Origin: Spirochaetia bacterium
Lineage (GTDB): Bacteria; Spirochaetota; Spirochaetia; CAKZLE01
Assembly (NCBI GenBank): GCA_963677595.1
Contig: OY782041.1
Location: forward strand, 640,001 to 704,000
DNA: 64,000 nucleotides
Direction of reading: 5' to 3'
Part shown: piece by piece, positions 31,256 through 39,693 of the stretch
Numbering within the stretch: the first letter of the stretch is position 1
Layout: every line of letters begins with the position of its first letter
Notes under the pieces: model-generated
The model's input: only the letters and a program-made list of their open reading frames with translations
Told to the model about the DNA's origin: nothing
Databases searched by the model: none
Made by a program: the position numbers and the translations under genes

Positions 31256-31297
31256 CAGATTGTCTTCCTCAACAAAACACTCCATCATCCATCTAAT

Positions 31298-31313
31298 GCG
31301 TGCGCGTGCACGC
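31298..31313. promoter_or_regulatory. Candidate LacI-type operator GCGTGCGCGTGCACGC
   Basis: 14/16 palindrome centred on CG, just downstream of the promoter; weaker copy at 31439-31454. Confidence 0.55.
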
Positions 31314-31324
31314 TTTGTAGTATT

Positions 31325-31353
31325 AGATTACCATGATTATTTTGAGTTGTCAA
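31325..31353 (-). promoter_or_regulatory. sigma70 promoter of the sulfatase-tctCBA2 operon
   Basis: TTGACA-N17-TAATCT with TG extension on the minus strand. Confidence 0.65.
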
Positions 31354-31816
31354 TTCTTAAATTTTCTTTATAATTTAAGCTAATTTTGGAAGGATGTTAT
31401 ATTCTTCAAAGAACCAATATTTACTATATACTATTCTTGCGTGTGCGGTCACTCTTAAATTTCCAACTCCCCTAATCTATAGATATATCAAGCAAATCAG
31501 AAAGTACTTTTCATAAAAATCACCCCTAACTCAAAGAATGATCTCACCTTAAGGCGTGGATAGTCAGGACTCCTCCTAACAACCGAGCCATTGTTGGAAT
31601 CGGTTGAATTTATCATGACAACCTACTGACCCTTATGTGATTTCCGGTTTGGTTATGGCTCCACCTTGCTACAGATAGCCCAATTCCCCAGGATGTTGAT
31701 AAAGACGGGAGTAAAAGCTGTGTAATGGACAATAAAAGCTAAAAGTGGGTGGTTTCAACCTTAGCAATGTTTCAACTACCACTTCTTGGGATTCATTTCA
31801 TCCCGGTTTCTACCTA

Positions 31817-31845
31817 TGGACATTCCGTCCCCAGCTATCTATGCT
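31817..31845 (+). promoter_or_regulatory. Candidate promoter of tauE copy 2
   Basis: TGGACA-N17-TATGCT, homologous to 11928-11956. Confidence 0.5.
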
Positions 31846-31875
31846 GAATCACATCAAGAGACCTAAGGAGCTCCC

Positions 31876-32628
31876 ATGATCCCACAGCTCATTCTCGACC
31901 ACTGGGCAATCATCGCCATTTCAGGCTTCATCATCGGCCTCGACAAGGGAGGCATCAAGCCGCTCATCATCTTTGCCATCTTTCTTGTCACCAGCATCAT
32001 GGAACCGACTATGATGCTGGCAGTATTTGCCCCGCTGCTTTTCCTTGGTGAGATATTCCCAGCAGTCCATTACCATCACGATGCTGCCAAGCCTGTTCTC
32101 TGGAAGGTGCTCCCCTGGGCGCTAGCGGGTCTCGTGATCGGTGCTGCTGCAGGCACCCGCTTCTCGGAAGAAGGTTTCGGGCTCTTCATCGCTTTTACCA
32201 TCGTATCCATGGGGATCCTGCTCACATTCATGGAGTTCCACCCCTTCAGCCTGAGAGCTGGTCATGAGATGTGGTTTCGTATCTTTCTCGGATTGCTTGC
32301 TGGAGTCGTGGCAGTCATCGGGAATGTTGCAGCAGGGATCACGAACATCTACCTCCTCTACCACATCAGAGAGAAGAAGGCATTCATCGGGACAAACTCC
32401 CTGCTCTACCTCTTCATCACCGGGGCTAAGATCATCATCTACCTGCTGTTCTGGAGGATCCTCTCTGCAGAGACACTGCTTATCTCGCTCTGGCTGCTGC
32501 CAACCATAGCGCTTGGTCTGGTTGCCGCTACCATCCTTGTGAAGGTCATCCCGGAACGGGTCTACCGGTACATCGTACTCGGGTCAGTCTTCTATGCCGG
32601 GATCGCCATGTTGGTGAGGTACCTGTAG
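31876..32628 (+). CDS. Sulfite exporter TauE/SafE family protein, copy 2
   Basis: 250 aa, colinear with copy 1; identical last 12 residues region (YAGIAMLVRYL). Confidence 0.85.
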   Translation: MIPQLILDHWAIIAISGFIIGLDKGGIKPLIIFAIFLVTSIMEPTMMLAVFAPLLFLGEIFPAVHYHHDAAKPVLWKVLPWALAGLVIGAAAGTRFSEEGFGLFIAFTIVSMGILLTFMEFHPFSLRAGHEMWFRIFLGLLAGVVAVIGNVAAGITNIYLLYHIREKKAFIGTNSLLYLFITGAKIIIYLLFWRILSAETLLISLWLLPTIALGLVAATILVKVIPERVYRYIVLGSVFYAGIAMLVRYL

Positions 32629-32910
32629 GATCAGCTCCCCTGTATGATACCGAAGACCCTCTCCGGGATCTCCTTGAGCTCTTCGTCATCCATCTGCGCC
32701 GTATTGATCGGCTCGTGGATGGTAAGGGTGACAGGTGTTATGAGCTTCATCCCCTTGCGCTGCTCCATGACCTTGTAGGAATCATGGATGGTGATCGGGA
32801 TGATTGTAGCCTTGGCTCTGGTAGCCAGCTTCATGCTGCCTGCCTTGAACTCGCCGAAGTGGTCGCCTTTACTCCTCGTACCTTCGGGGAAGATCACGAG
32901 CGGGTGGCCG
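32593..32910. repeat. Direct repeat copy B (318 bp)
   Basis: Matches 12701-13018. Confidence 0.95.
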
Positions 32911-33353
32911 CCCTTGATCACCTTTACTCCGTCGAAGATGGCCTTGATCGAGGATCGGGCACTGGAACGGTCGATGAAGACGCAGCCTAAGGCCTTCATC
33001 CAGCTGTTGAGTACCGGGACCTTCGTCAGTTCTATCTTGGCGACGAAGCCGAGCAGGACCGGGATGTAGGTGACGATCATCGGGATATCAATGTAGCTCT
33101 GGTGGTTGGAGACGAAGCATATCTTCCGGTCCTCAGCCGGTATGTTCTCGAGCCCCTTGACGATGACCTTCCCCCCTAACGATACGACGATCCCCCTGGA
33201 GAGGGCTGAACCGTTGAGCCGCAGCCAGGTCTCCCCTGCCTTCTTGAGCCCGATGAGGCTCAGCAGCTTCGCGGGGAGTACCCCGATGATGAGCGATACG
33301 ATAAAATGGAGGATGATGTAGATGGCCGCAAGGACAAGCTGGATCATTTTCAT
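32631..33353 (-). CDS. plsC: 1-acyl-sn-glycerol-3-phosphate acyltransferase
   Basis: NHQSYID, FIDR, IFPEGTRS motifs. Confidence 0.92.
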   Translation of the reverse strand: MKMIQLVLAAIYIILHFIVSLIIGVLPAKLLSLIGLKKAGETWLRLNGSALSRGIVVSLGGKVIVKGLENIPAEDRKICFVSNHQSYIDIPMIVTYIPVLLGFVAKIELTKVPVLNSWMKALGCVFIDRSSARSSIKAIFDGVKVIKGGHPLVIFPEGTRSKGDHFGEFKAGSMKLATRAKATIIPITIHDSYKVMEQRKGMKLITPVTLTIHEPINTAQMDDEELKEIPERVFGIIQGS

Positions 33354-33365
33354 GGCAGTCCGCTC

Positions 33366-35081
33366 CTATCGAAAGTTCTTCTGGTACAGTTTGGCATAGA
33401 TTCCGTTCATTGACAATAACTCATCATGCTTCCCGGACTCAGAGATCTCTCCATCAGAGAGTACGATGATGGTATCAGCATGCTTGATGGTACTGAGCCG
33501 GTGGGCAATGACGATGGAGGTCCTGCCCTTGGCAAGTCGTTCGAACGCCTCCTGGATCACGGATTCAGACTCCGCATCTAGGGAAGAGGTCGCCTCATCG
33601 AAGATGATGATGCTCGGGTCCTTGAGGAAGACCCTCGCGATCGAGATCCGCTGTTTCTGTCCCCCGGAGAGCTTCACGCCCCGCTCGCCTACCAGGGTTT
33701 CAAAGCCCTCGGGCAAGCCCTCGATGAACTCGAGGATGTTAGCAGCCCGTGCCGCCTCGACCATCTCCTGCTCAGAGGCATCGGGCCTTCCGTAGAGCAG
33801 GTTGTCGGCGATCGTGGAATCGAAGAGGAAGACATCCTGCTGGACCACCCCGACCTCCTGACGAAGGCTCCTCTGGGTGACCTCGGAGATATCCTGCCCA
33901 TCGATCCGTATGGATCCGGACTGGGGTTCATAGAACCTCGGGATGAGGGATGCCAGCGTCGTCTTCCCTGCCCCGGACTCCCCGACGACTGCATACTGCT
34001 TCCCCCCGGGGATCGTGAAGCTTATATGTCTGAGAATATCATCGGGGGAGGACTCATAGGCGAAGGTCACCTCCTCGAAGGAGACCTTGCCTTCGGTCAC
34101 CTCGAGCTCTACGGCATCGGCATGGTCGACGATGTCAGGCTCAGTATCCATAACAGCGATGAACCGCTCGAAGGCGGCAGTCCCCTGCTGGTACTGCTCG
34201 GTGAAGTTGATCAGCCGGTCGATCGGCGGCAGCACGATCCCCACATAGAGGATGAAGGTCACCAGGTCGTAGACCTCGACCTGCCCCCGCGAGATGAGGA
34301 CGACCCCGCCGGCGACGACGGTGAAATAGTAGAGTTCACGAAACAGCGACATACCGGCATGGAACCGTGCCATGACGGTATAGACCCGCTCCTTCGCAAG
34401 CTGAAAGGAGTTGTTGCTCCGGGAGAACTTATCCTGTTCGATCTCTTCGTTGCTGAACGACTTGACCTCCCGGATTCCCTGGACTGAGTTCTCCACGACC
34501 GCGTTGATGTCAGCGATCTTCTCGCGGACGTTCCTGAACCCCTTTCGCATCTTCTTCCCGTAGGTCAGGCCCCAGATAAGCATGATGGGAATAGGTATGA
34601 GGGAGACCAGCGATAACGCGGCATTGAATGAGAACATGAACCCGTAGGCACAGGTGATCACGATCACGGAGATGATCAGGTCCTCCGGGGCATGGTGGGC
34701 CACCTCGGCGATCATGCCGAGGTCATTGGTGATCCTCGACATGAGGTGGCCGGTCTTCACGTTGTCGTAATAGGTGAAGGAGAGCTTCTGCAGGTGGGAG
34801 AAGAGATCTCCCCGCATGTCCGCTTCCATCCTGACACCGAGGATATGGCCCCACTTGATCCGTATGAGGTTGGCCAGGCTCCCGGCGACGTAGATGCAGA
34901 GCATCCAGAAGAGGACCAGGATGATCCTCCTCATATCCTGCTGCGGTATGTAGGTCTTGAGCAGGTCCCGTGTCAATGCAGGCAGCAGTACTGCCAGAAG
35001 TGATGAAATGACTGCTACCGCCATGTCCAGGATGAAGAGCATCCTGTGCGGGCGGTAGTATCTGGTGAATCTTCGTATCAT
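33366..35081 (-). CDS. ABC exporter, fused permease/ATPase (MsbA/Atm-like)
   Basis: TM domain plus GESGAGKT, LSGGQKQR, DEATSSLD, AHRLST. Confidence 0.92.
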   Translation of the reverse strand: MIRRFTRYYRPHRMLFILDMAVAVISSLLAVLLPALTRDLLKTYIPQQDMRRIILVLFWMLCIYVAGSLANLIRIKWGHILGVRMEADMRGDLFSHLQKLSFTYYDNVKTGHLMSRITNDLGMIAEVAHHAPEDLIISVIVITCAYGFMFSFNAALSLVSLIPIPIMLIWGLTYGKKMRKGFRNVREKIADINAVVENSVQGIREVKSFSNEEIEQDKFSRSNNSFQLAKERVYTVMARFHAGMSLFRELYYFTVVAGGVVLISRGQVEVYDLVTFILYVGIVLPPIDRLINFTEQYQQGTAAFERFIAVMDTEPDIVDHADAVELEVTEGKVSFEEVTFAYESSPDDILRHISFTIPGGKQYAVVGESGAGKTTLASLIPRFYEPQSGSIRIDGQDISEVTQRSLRQEVGVVQQDVFLFDSTIADNLLYGRPDASEQEMVEAARAANILEFIEGLPEGFETLVGERGVKLSGGQKQRISIARVFLKDPSIIIFDEATSSLDAESESVIQEAFERLAKGRTSIVIAHRLSTIKHADTIIVLSDGEISESGKHDELLSMNGIYAKLYQKNFR

Positions 35082-35103
35082 ATGTTCTATTAATCTGCTT
35101 CTC

Positions 35104-36975
35104 TTATTTCCCGAACAGCTTGGAAAGGAACCCCTTCTTCGGCTTCTTCTCAGGCTCCCTGGCCTCAGTCTTCACAGCGGGTTTCTCCTGCACAGCTGGT
35201 TTCTCTTTCACCGGCTGCTTCGGTTTACTGCCGCCCTGCGGCTGCTGTGGTTTCTTCGGTGCCGAAGGTCTCCCCTGGCTGCCATTCCGGCTGGATGATT
35301 TGCCACCCTGGTTGGATGGCTTGCCGTTCCTGTTGGACTGCTTGCCGTTCCTGTTGGACTGCTTGCCCTTACCTGAGCCGGACGACCGTCTCTGTCCATC
35401 CTTGGGAGCCCCTGAACGGTTATTACCCTTCCCGGACTTCTTCTCGGAAGACTTGTTCTGCTGTTCCTGCTTCGCCTTATCGGTGTTCAGATCCCCTCCG
35501 TAGAGGTTCTTGTAATAGGCCAGGCGTTCATCGAAGGACATCTGCTCGATCTGCTCGAGTTTCTTGTGGCTGGCACTCTGGCCTTTCGGCCTGTGCTGCC
35601 CGGTCCGCTTCCTTCCCTGTCCCTGGCTCTGGCCCTGGTGCGGTCTCCCTTCGCCGCTGCGCTGTCCCTGCTGGCGCGGGGGCCTGGATGCATGCCGGTT
35701 CTCACCCCGGTGTGACTGGGAATTCCGGTTGCCCTGTTTCCCGCGGGAACGGTCCCTGGAGTCTGACCTCCTTCCTCCGCCTCCACGGTAGTCCCGTACC
35801 AGCTGGCTGAATGAGAGGTGGGCACTCTTGTCCTTGACGAGTGGGTACTCTTCCTCATCGGCCCAGACGACCGGTATCTTCATCTGGATATACTCTTCGA
35901 TAGCCTCCAGTCCGTAGACGAACTGTTCACATGCCAGCGTGATCGCCGCCCCGCTCTTACCGGCACGGGCAGTCCGCCCGATCCGGTGGACATAGTTCTC
36001 GAAGTCCTCGGGGATATCATAGTTGATGACAAGTTCGAGGTCATCGACATGGAGACCTCGTGCCGCCACATCGGTGGCTACGAGGAACTTGATCTCGCCC
36101 CGCTTCATCTTCCCGATGACCTGGAGCCGCTTCTGCTGAGGGAGATCCCCCATCAGGGCATGTGCGCCGTACCCGTTGAGTTCGAGCCGTTTCGAGAGCT
36201 CGACAGCCATCGATTTCGTATTGGTGAAGACGATCGCACTCTCCGGTGCATGCTTGGCCAGCAGCCTCAGGAGCAGGGAGAACTTCTCCGACTTGCTCAC
36301 ATGGAAGAGTTCCTGGTTGATCTCCTTGACGGTGACCGTCTCAGGCTCGATCTCGATCTCCTTCGGCTCGTTCATGAAGTCCCAGGCGAGGTTCCTTGCC
36401 CGCACCGTCAATGTGGCGCTGAAGAGCATGGTCTGCCGCTCTTCCCGGTTCCGCATCTTCCGGAACATATCCCTGATGTCGGGATAGAACCCCATATCGA
36501 AGAGGCGGTCCGCCTCATCCACGACGACGACGTCCATCTTCTTGTAGTCGATCTTTCGTGCCTTCTCGTAATCAAGGAGCCTGCCGGGTGTCCCGATGAA
36601 GACATCGACACCCTTCTTCAGCAGCTCATCCTGATGCTTGTAGCCGATCCCCCCGAAGAAGGTCCCGACTCTCAGTTCAGGGAGCCCTTTCGAAAGCTTC
36701 TTAGCGTCCTGTTCGATCTGTACTGCGAGTTCCCTGGTGGGGACTATGATCAGGGCATTGAAGTCGGCGCCCTCGGGGCGCTTCGCATATTGCTCAAAGA
36801 TGGTTATGAGGAATGCTGCTGTTTTTCCGGTACCAGTCTGTGACTGTACCATGACGTCCTTGCCGCCGAGTGAGTGTGAGAATACCCGCTCCTGGACCGG
36901 CATACAGGTCTCGAAGCCAGCATCTTCGATACCTGCGAACGTTTGTTCTGTTAATTGTAGTTCACTGAATTTCAT
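35104..36975 (-). CDS. DEAD-box RNA helicase with long low-complexity C-terminal tail
   Basis: TGTGKT, PTREL, DEAD, SAT, ARGL, HRIGRTAR motifs. Confidence 0.95.
   Translation of the reverse strand: MKFSELQLTEQTFAGIEDAGFETCMPVQERVFSHSLGGKDVMVQSQTGTGKTAAFLITIFEQYAKRPEGADFNALIIVPTRELAVQIEQDAKKLSKGLPELRVGTFFGGIGYKHQDELLKKGVDVFIGTPGRLLDYEKARKIDYKKMDVVVVDEADRLFDMGFYPDIRDMFRKMRNREERQTMLFSATLTVRARNLAWDFMNEPKEIEIEPETVTVKEINQELFHVSKSEKFSLLLRLLAKHAPESAIVFTNTKSMAVELSKRLELNGYGAHALMGDLPQQKRLQVIGKMKRGEIKFLVATDVAARGLHVDDLELVINYDIPEDFENYVHRIGRTARAGKSGAAITLACEQFVYGLEAIEEYIQMKIPVVWADEEEYPLVKDKSAHLSFSQLVRDYRGGGGRRSDSRDRSRGKQGNRNSQSHRGENRHASRPPRQQGQRSGEGRPHQGQSQGQGRKRTGQHRPKGQSASHKKLEQIEQMSFDERLAYYKNLYGGDLNTDKAKQEQQNKSSEKKSGKGNNRSGAPKDGQRRSSGSGKGKQSNRNGKQSNRNGKPSNQGGKSSSRNGSQGRPSAPKKPQQPQGGSKPKQPVKEKPAVQEKPAVKTEAREPEKKPKKGFLSKLFGK
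35319..35367. repeat. 21-bp coding tandem repeat, 2.3 copies (GKQSNRN)
   Basis: GCTTGCCGTTCCTGTTGGACT x2 plus GCTTGCC. Confidence 0.85.
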
Positions 36976-37081
36976 AATCCTTACTATATAGGTTTTTACC
37001 AGTAAAGACTATAGGCAGAGGACGAAATAGGGATACCCTTTACGGGGAAAGAGCATCCCGTTCCATATAAAAGAATTATCC

Positions 37082-37750
37082 TCAGGCGTCGTACTTGACG
37101 CGGTGCCGCTCATAGAGCTGCCCCTGGGACACGTAACAGCGGCCGCAGACCTCGTTCACGGAACTCATGAAGGTCGGCATGTTCGTTCCCATCCCTTCCG
37201 ATGAACCGAAGGGTACATCATCTACCATCAGCCGGTACTCATTGGCCCGGAGGACGGCTTCCGACTTATGGGGGAAGAGCCGAAGGAAGAACTGGGAGCC
37301 CTCGTCCTCCGAGAAGAACTTCTCCGTCGAACGGTATTCTTCGACCCACTTCCTGACCTGCTCCCCCAGCTCGGTCCTGGTCAGGTCCTTCCCCTCCGGG
37401 ATTCCGAAATGGAGGTGGAACCAGAACTCGATTCCCGGCTGATTGTACACGATATGGATCTTCCTCCGATTTGCGAGCGCAAGCTGGGATGGGAGGAGCT
37501 CCTTCTTGATCTCGAGGTCCTTCGGGTTCACGACACACCACACCTCCGAGAAGCCCTCGATGCGGCGGATCCTGATCGCCTCCTTGACCATGAGCTCAAG
37601 ATTGACTGCCTCGGGACTCTTCGTGACCACCGTCATGTTCGCATAGCGGCAGTCACGGCGCATCTGCAGGAAATAGCGTCTCTCGATCTCATTGCAGGTA
37701 TACACCAGCAGTGGGTTCCTGGGTTCTCTCAGATCATGTTTCCTGGCCAT
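37082..37750 (-). CDS. RloB-like protein with degenerate TOPRIM motifs
   Basis: VWCV, NQPGIEFWFHLHF (compare SNPCFELWxxLHF), TN motif; TGATG-coupled to the upstream ATPase. Confidence 0.75.
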   Translation of the reverse strand: MARKHDLREPRNPLLVYTCNEIERRYFLQMRRDCRYANMTVVTKSPEAVNLELMVKEAIRIRRIEGFSEVWCVVNPKDLEIKKELLPSQLALANRRKIHIVYNQPGIEFWFHLHFGIPEGKDLTRTELGEQVRKWVEEYRSTEKFFSEDEGSQFFLRLFPHKSEAVLRANEYRLMVDDVPFGSSEGMGTNMPTFMSSVNEVCGRCYVSQGQLYERHRVKYDA

Positions 37751-38991
37751 CAGCTGCCCTCCTTCCTATTCCTGCGAATACACTCTGACAGGATCGGGAC
37801 CGCCCCGAACGCCCCGTTCAGGTACATCTCCTTCACCGAGTCATCCTTGCGGATCACGAAATCCGCCAGGCTGAAGAACCGGGTCCCCCCTTCGACGTCC
37901 TTCGTCGTCAGCCAGATCTCGTCATACCGGTGCTGTCCCTTGTTCATCGGCGTCAGGTCCACCCCGGTGGTCAGCAGCTGCGACTTACTCAGCCTGGTCT
38001 CATGCGTGAACTTCTGGTACAGCTCCTCAAGTACGGTATCATGGAGCAGCAGACCGAAATCATCAGAGACCAGGAAGAGACTCCTCTGCCTTGCCAGCCA
38101 GGAGACCGCAGCCATCATCGTGATGCGCCTCGTCCCGAGAGACTCGCTGGAGAAGTAGGAGGCATACCGTGAACGGCTGACTCCATGCACATAGACCAGC
38201 CGGTCCTTCTCACCTTCCCGCTCGATGACATTCAGCTCCTTCACATCATTGAAGTCCATAGTATGGAGGAACTCGAGGACCCCATCCTTCATGGAGGGGT
38301 AGCGCTTCATGAAATCGATCAGGAACTGCTCGCTCACAGAGGAGAGCCCGATCGGGATGACGACCAGCGCATCGGACACCCATTGGTAGAATGGGAGGAG
38401 CGATTCGCTCCCTTTGCGGGCAGCACCGCCAATGAAGAGCTGGTTGGGAGCGAGCTTGTTGCTGAACCGCTTGCGCACCCCGACATACTTCTTGCCGTAG
38501 CTGTAGCGATAGACCGGTTCCTTATCGAGACTGATGAGTTCACGGTCGAACATCCTGTTTGTCGCCCTGCCGACCCGGCGGTAGAGCGATTCCCTGTGGA
38601 CCCTGACCGCATCGGCAGAGAGGGTATAGGTGTAGTAGACGGGAAGTCCACTCTCCTCGTCCTCTCCCTGGATTATCTGGACCTGTATGGTACTCGGTGA
38701 GCGCTTGCACGCGACATCATAGGCAAACGCTGCCCCGGCAAGACGATGGAGCGGTTTATCCTCCTGGGAGACGATCATGGCCTGGAGCATCTCCAGGGCC
38801 CTGATGACCGTACTCTTGCCGGCACCGTTCGGCCCGATGACCGAGCAGTACTTGAGCAGGGAGGTTCGTTCATCTACTTCAATGAGATGGTCGGACCTGA
38901 GTCTCCGGTCGATGATAGAATCAAAGGTGAGGGTCTGGGGATTCTTGATCGACCTGAAATTCTCGATGGTGATATCTACAAACATGGGCAC
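37750..38991 (-). CDS. RloA-like AAA_21/ABC-type ATPase
   Basis: ENFRSIK, GPNGAGKST, ESLGT, DEIW...SLADF...YLNGAFGAVP motifs. Confidence 0.82.
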   Translation of the reverse strand: MPMFVDITIENFRSIKNPQTLTFDSIIDRRLRSDHLIEVDERTSLLKYCSVIGPNGAGKSTVIRALEMLQAMIVSQEDKPLHRLAGAAFAYDVACKRSPSTIQVQIIQGEDEESGLPVYYTYTLSADAVRVHRESLYRRVGRATNRMFDRELISLDKEPVYRYSYGKKYVGVRKRFSNKLAPNQLFIGGAARKGSESLLPFYQWVSDALVVIPIGLSSVSEQFLIDFMKRYPSMKDGVLEFLHTMDFNDVKELNVIEREGEKDRLVYVHGVSRSRYASYFSSESLGTRRITMMAAVSWLARQRSLFLVSDDFGLLLHDTVLEELYQKFTHETRLSKSQLLTTGVDLTPMNKGQHRYDEIWLTTKDVEGGTRFFSLADFVIRKDDSVKEMYLNGAFGAVPILSECIRRNRKEGS

Positions 38992-39052
38992 CCCCTGATA
39001 CCTAGTCTAATACACATCAGGAAAAAAATGTACTGAAAAATGGATTTTCCCC

Positions 39053-39682
39053 TCAATCAAGCCCTAATAACAGCTTTGAGCGGTCATTTTCCTCTTTGAA
39101 CCGGGCCCACCGACCATAATCGATGTTCCCTCGGCGTTTTCCGTGGTTGTCGCTGGCGATGAAGTCCACCCACCCCATATCCAGGTATTTCACGACTTCC
39201 GGGTTAGTGAGCATCTGGGCATTCACCTGGAAGAGCACCCCCATCTCCCGGAGCCGCTGGGCGATGTAGTTCTCGGAAGAGAACCACGCATACCGTTCTA
39301 TATGGGCGAGGATGATCGTCAGCCCCTGCATCTGGAGCTTGAAGACCTCATCAAGGAGGTAGAGCGGCTCGACCTCGGTGTTCGTCTCGATGAGCTGGAA
39401 GCGGTCGAGGAAGGGGATGAACTTCCCGGGGTTCGGGCTCATGTAGAGCTCGGAACCGAGCAGGGCAGTGATCCCTGCCTCACCGGCTGCATCCCTGAAC
39501 CAGGAGAAGGCCTCACGGATCAGGTGGATCTTCGTGGTCACGTAGGGGTCATGGAGGTGCGGCGTGCAGACGATATAGGAGAATCCTGCCTGACGGTACT
39601 CCTCGATCAGGGCAAGGCTCTCTTCCCGCGTAGCGACCCCGTCATCGACGCCGGGCAGCAGGTGGGAATGGATATCGATCAC
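39053..39682 (-). CDS. PHP-type protein-tyrosine phosphatase (CpsB/CapC/YwqE family)
   Basis: IDIHSHLLPGVDDG, TPH, AHIERY, ASDNH motifs. Confidence 0.9.
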   Translation of the reverse strand: MIDIHSHLLPGVDDGVATREESLALIEEYRQAGFSYIVCTPHLHDPYVTTKIHLIREAFSWFRDAAGEAGITALLGSELYMSPNPGKFIPFLDRFQLIETNTEVEPLYLLDEVFKLQMQGLTIILAHIERYAWFSSENYIAQRLREMGVLFQVNAQMLTNPEVVKYLDMGWVDFIASDNHGKRRGNIDYGRWARFKEENDRSKLLLGLD

Positions 39683-39693
39683 AGGCCATTCTC

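Larger units (their letters stand above)
13019..32910. mobile_element. 19.9-kb acquired catabolic island without integrase
   Basis: Bounded by the 318-bp repeat (offset 19,892 bp); chimeric left junction; visibly AT-richer from about 14.2 to 31.8 kb than the flanking core. Confidence 0.7.

Noticed and set aside
31698-31785. GATAAAG...TGTGTAA plus a hairpin, loosely resembling an IS256-family end
   Set aside because: No partner inverted repeat or transposase in the window; similarity too weak to call by eye
35319-35367. Short direct repeats as a CRISPR array
   Set aside because: No spacers; in-frame coding tandem repeat
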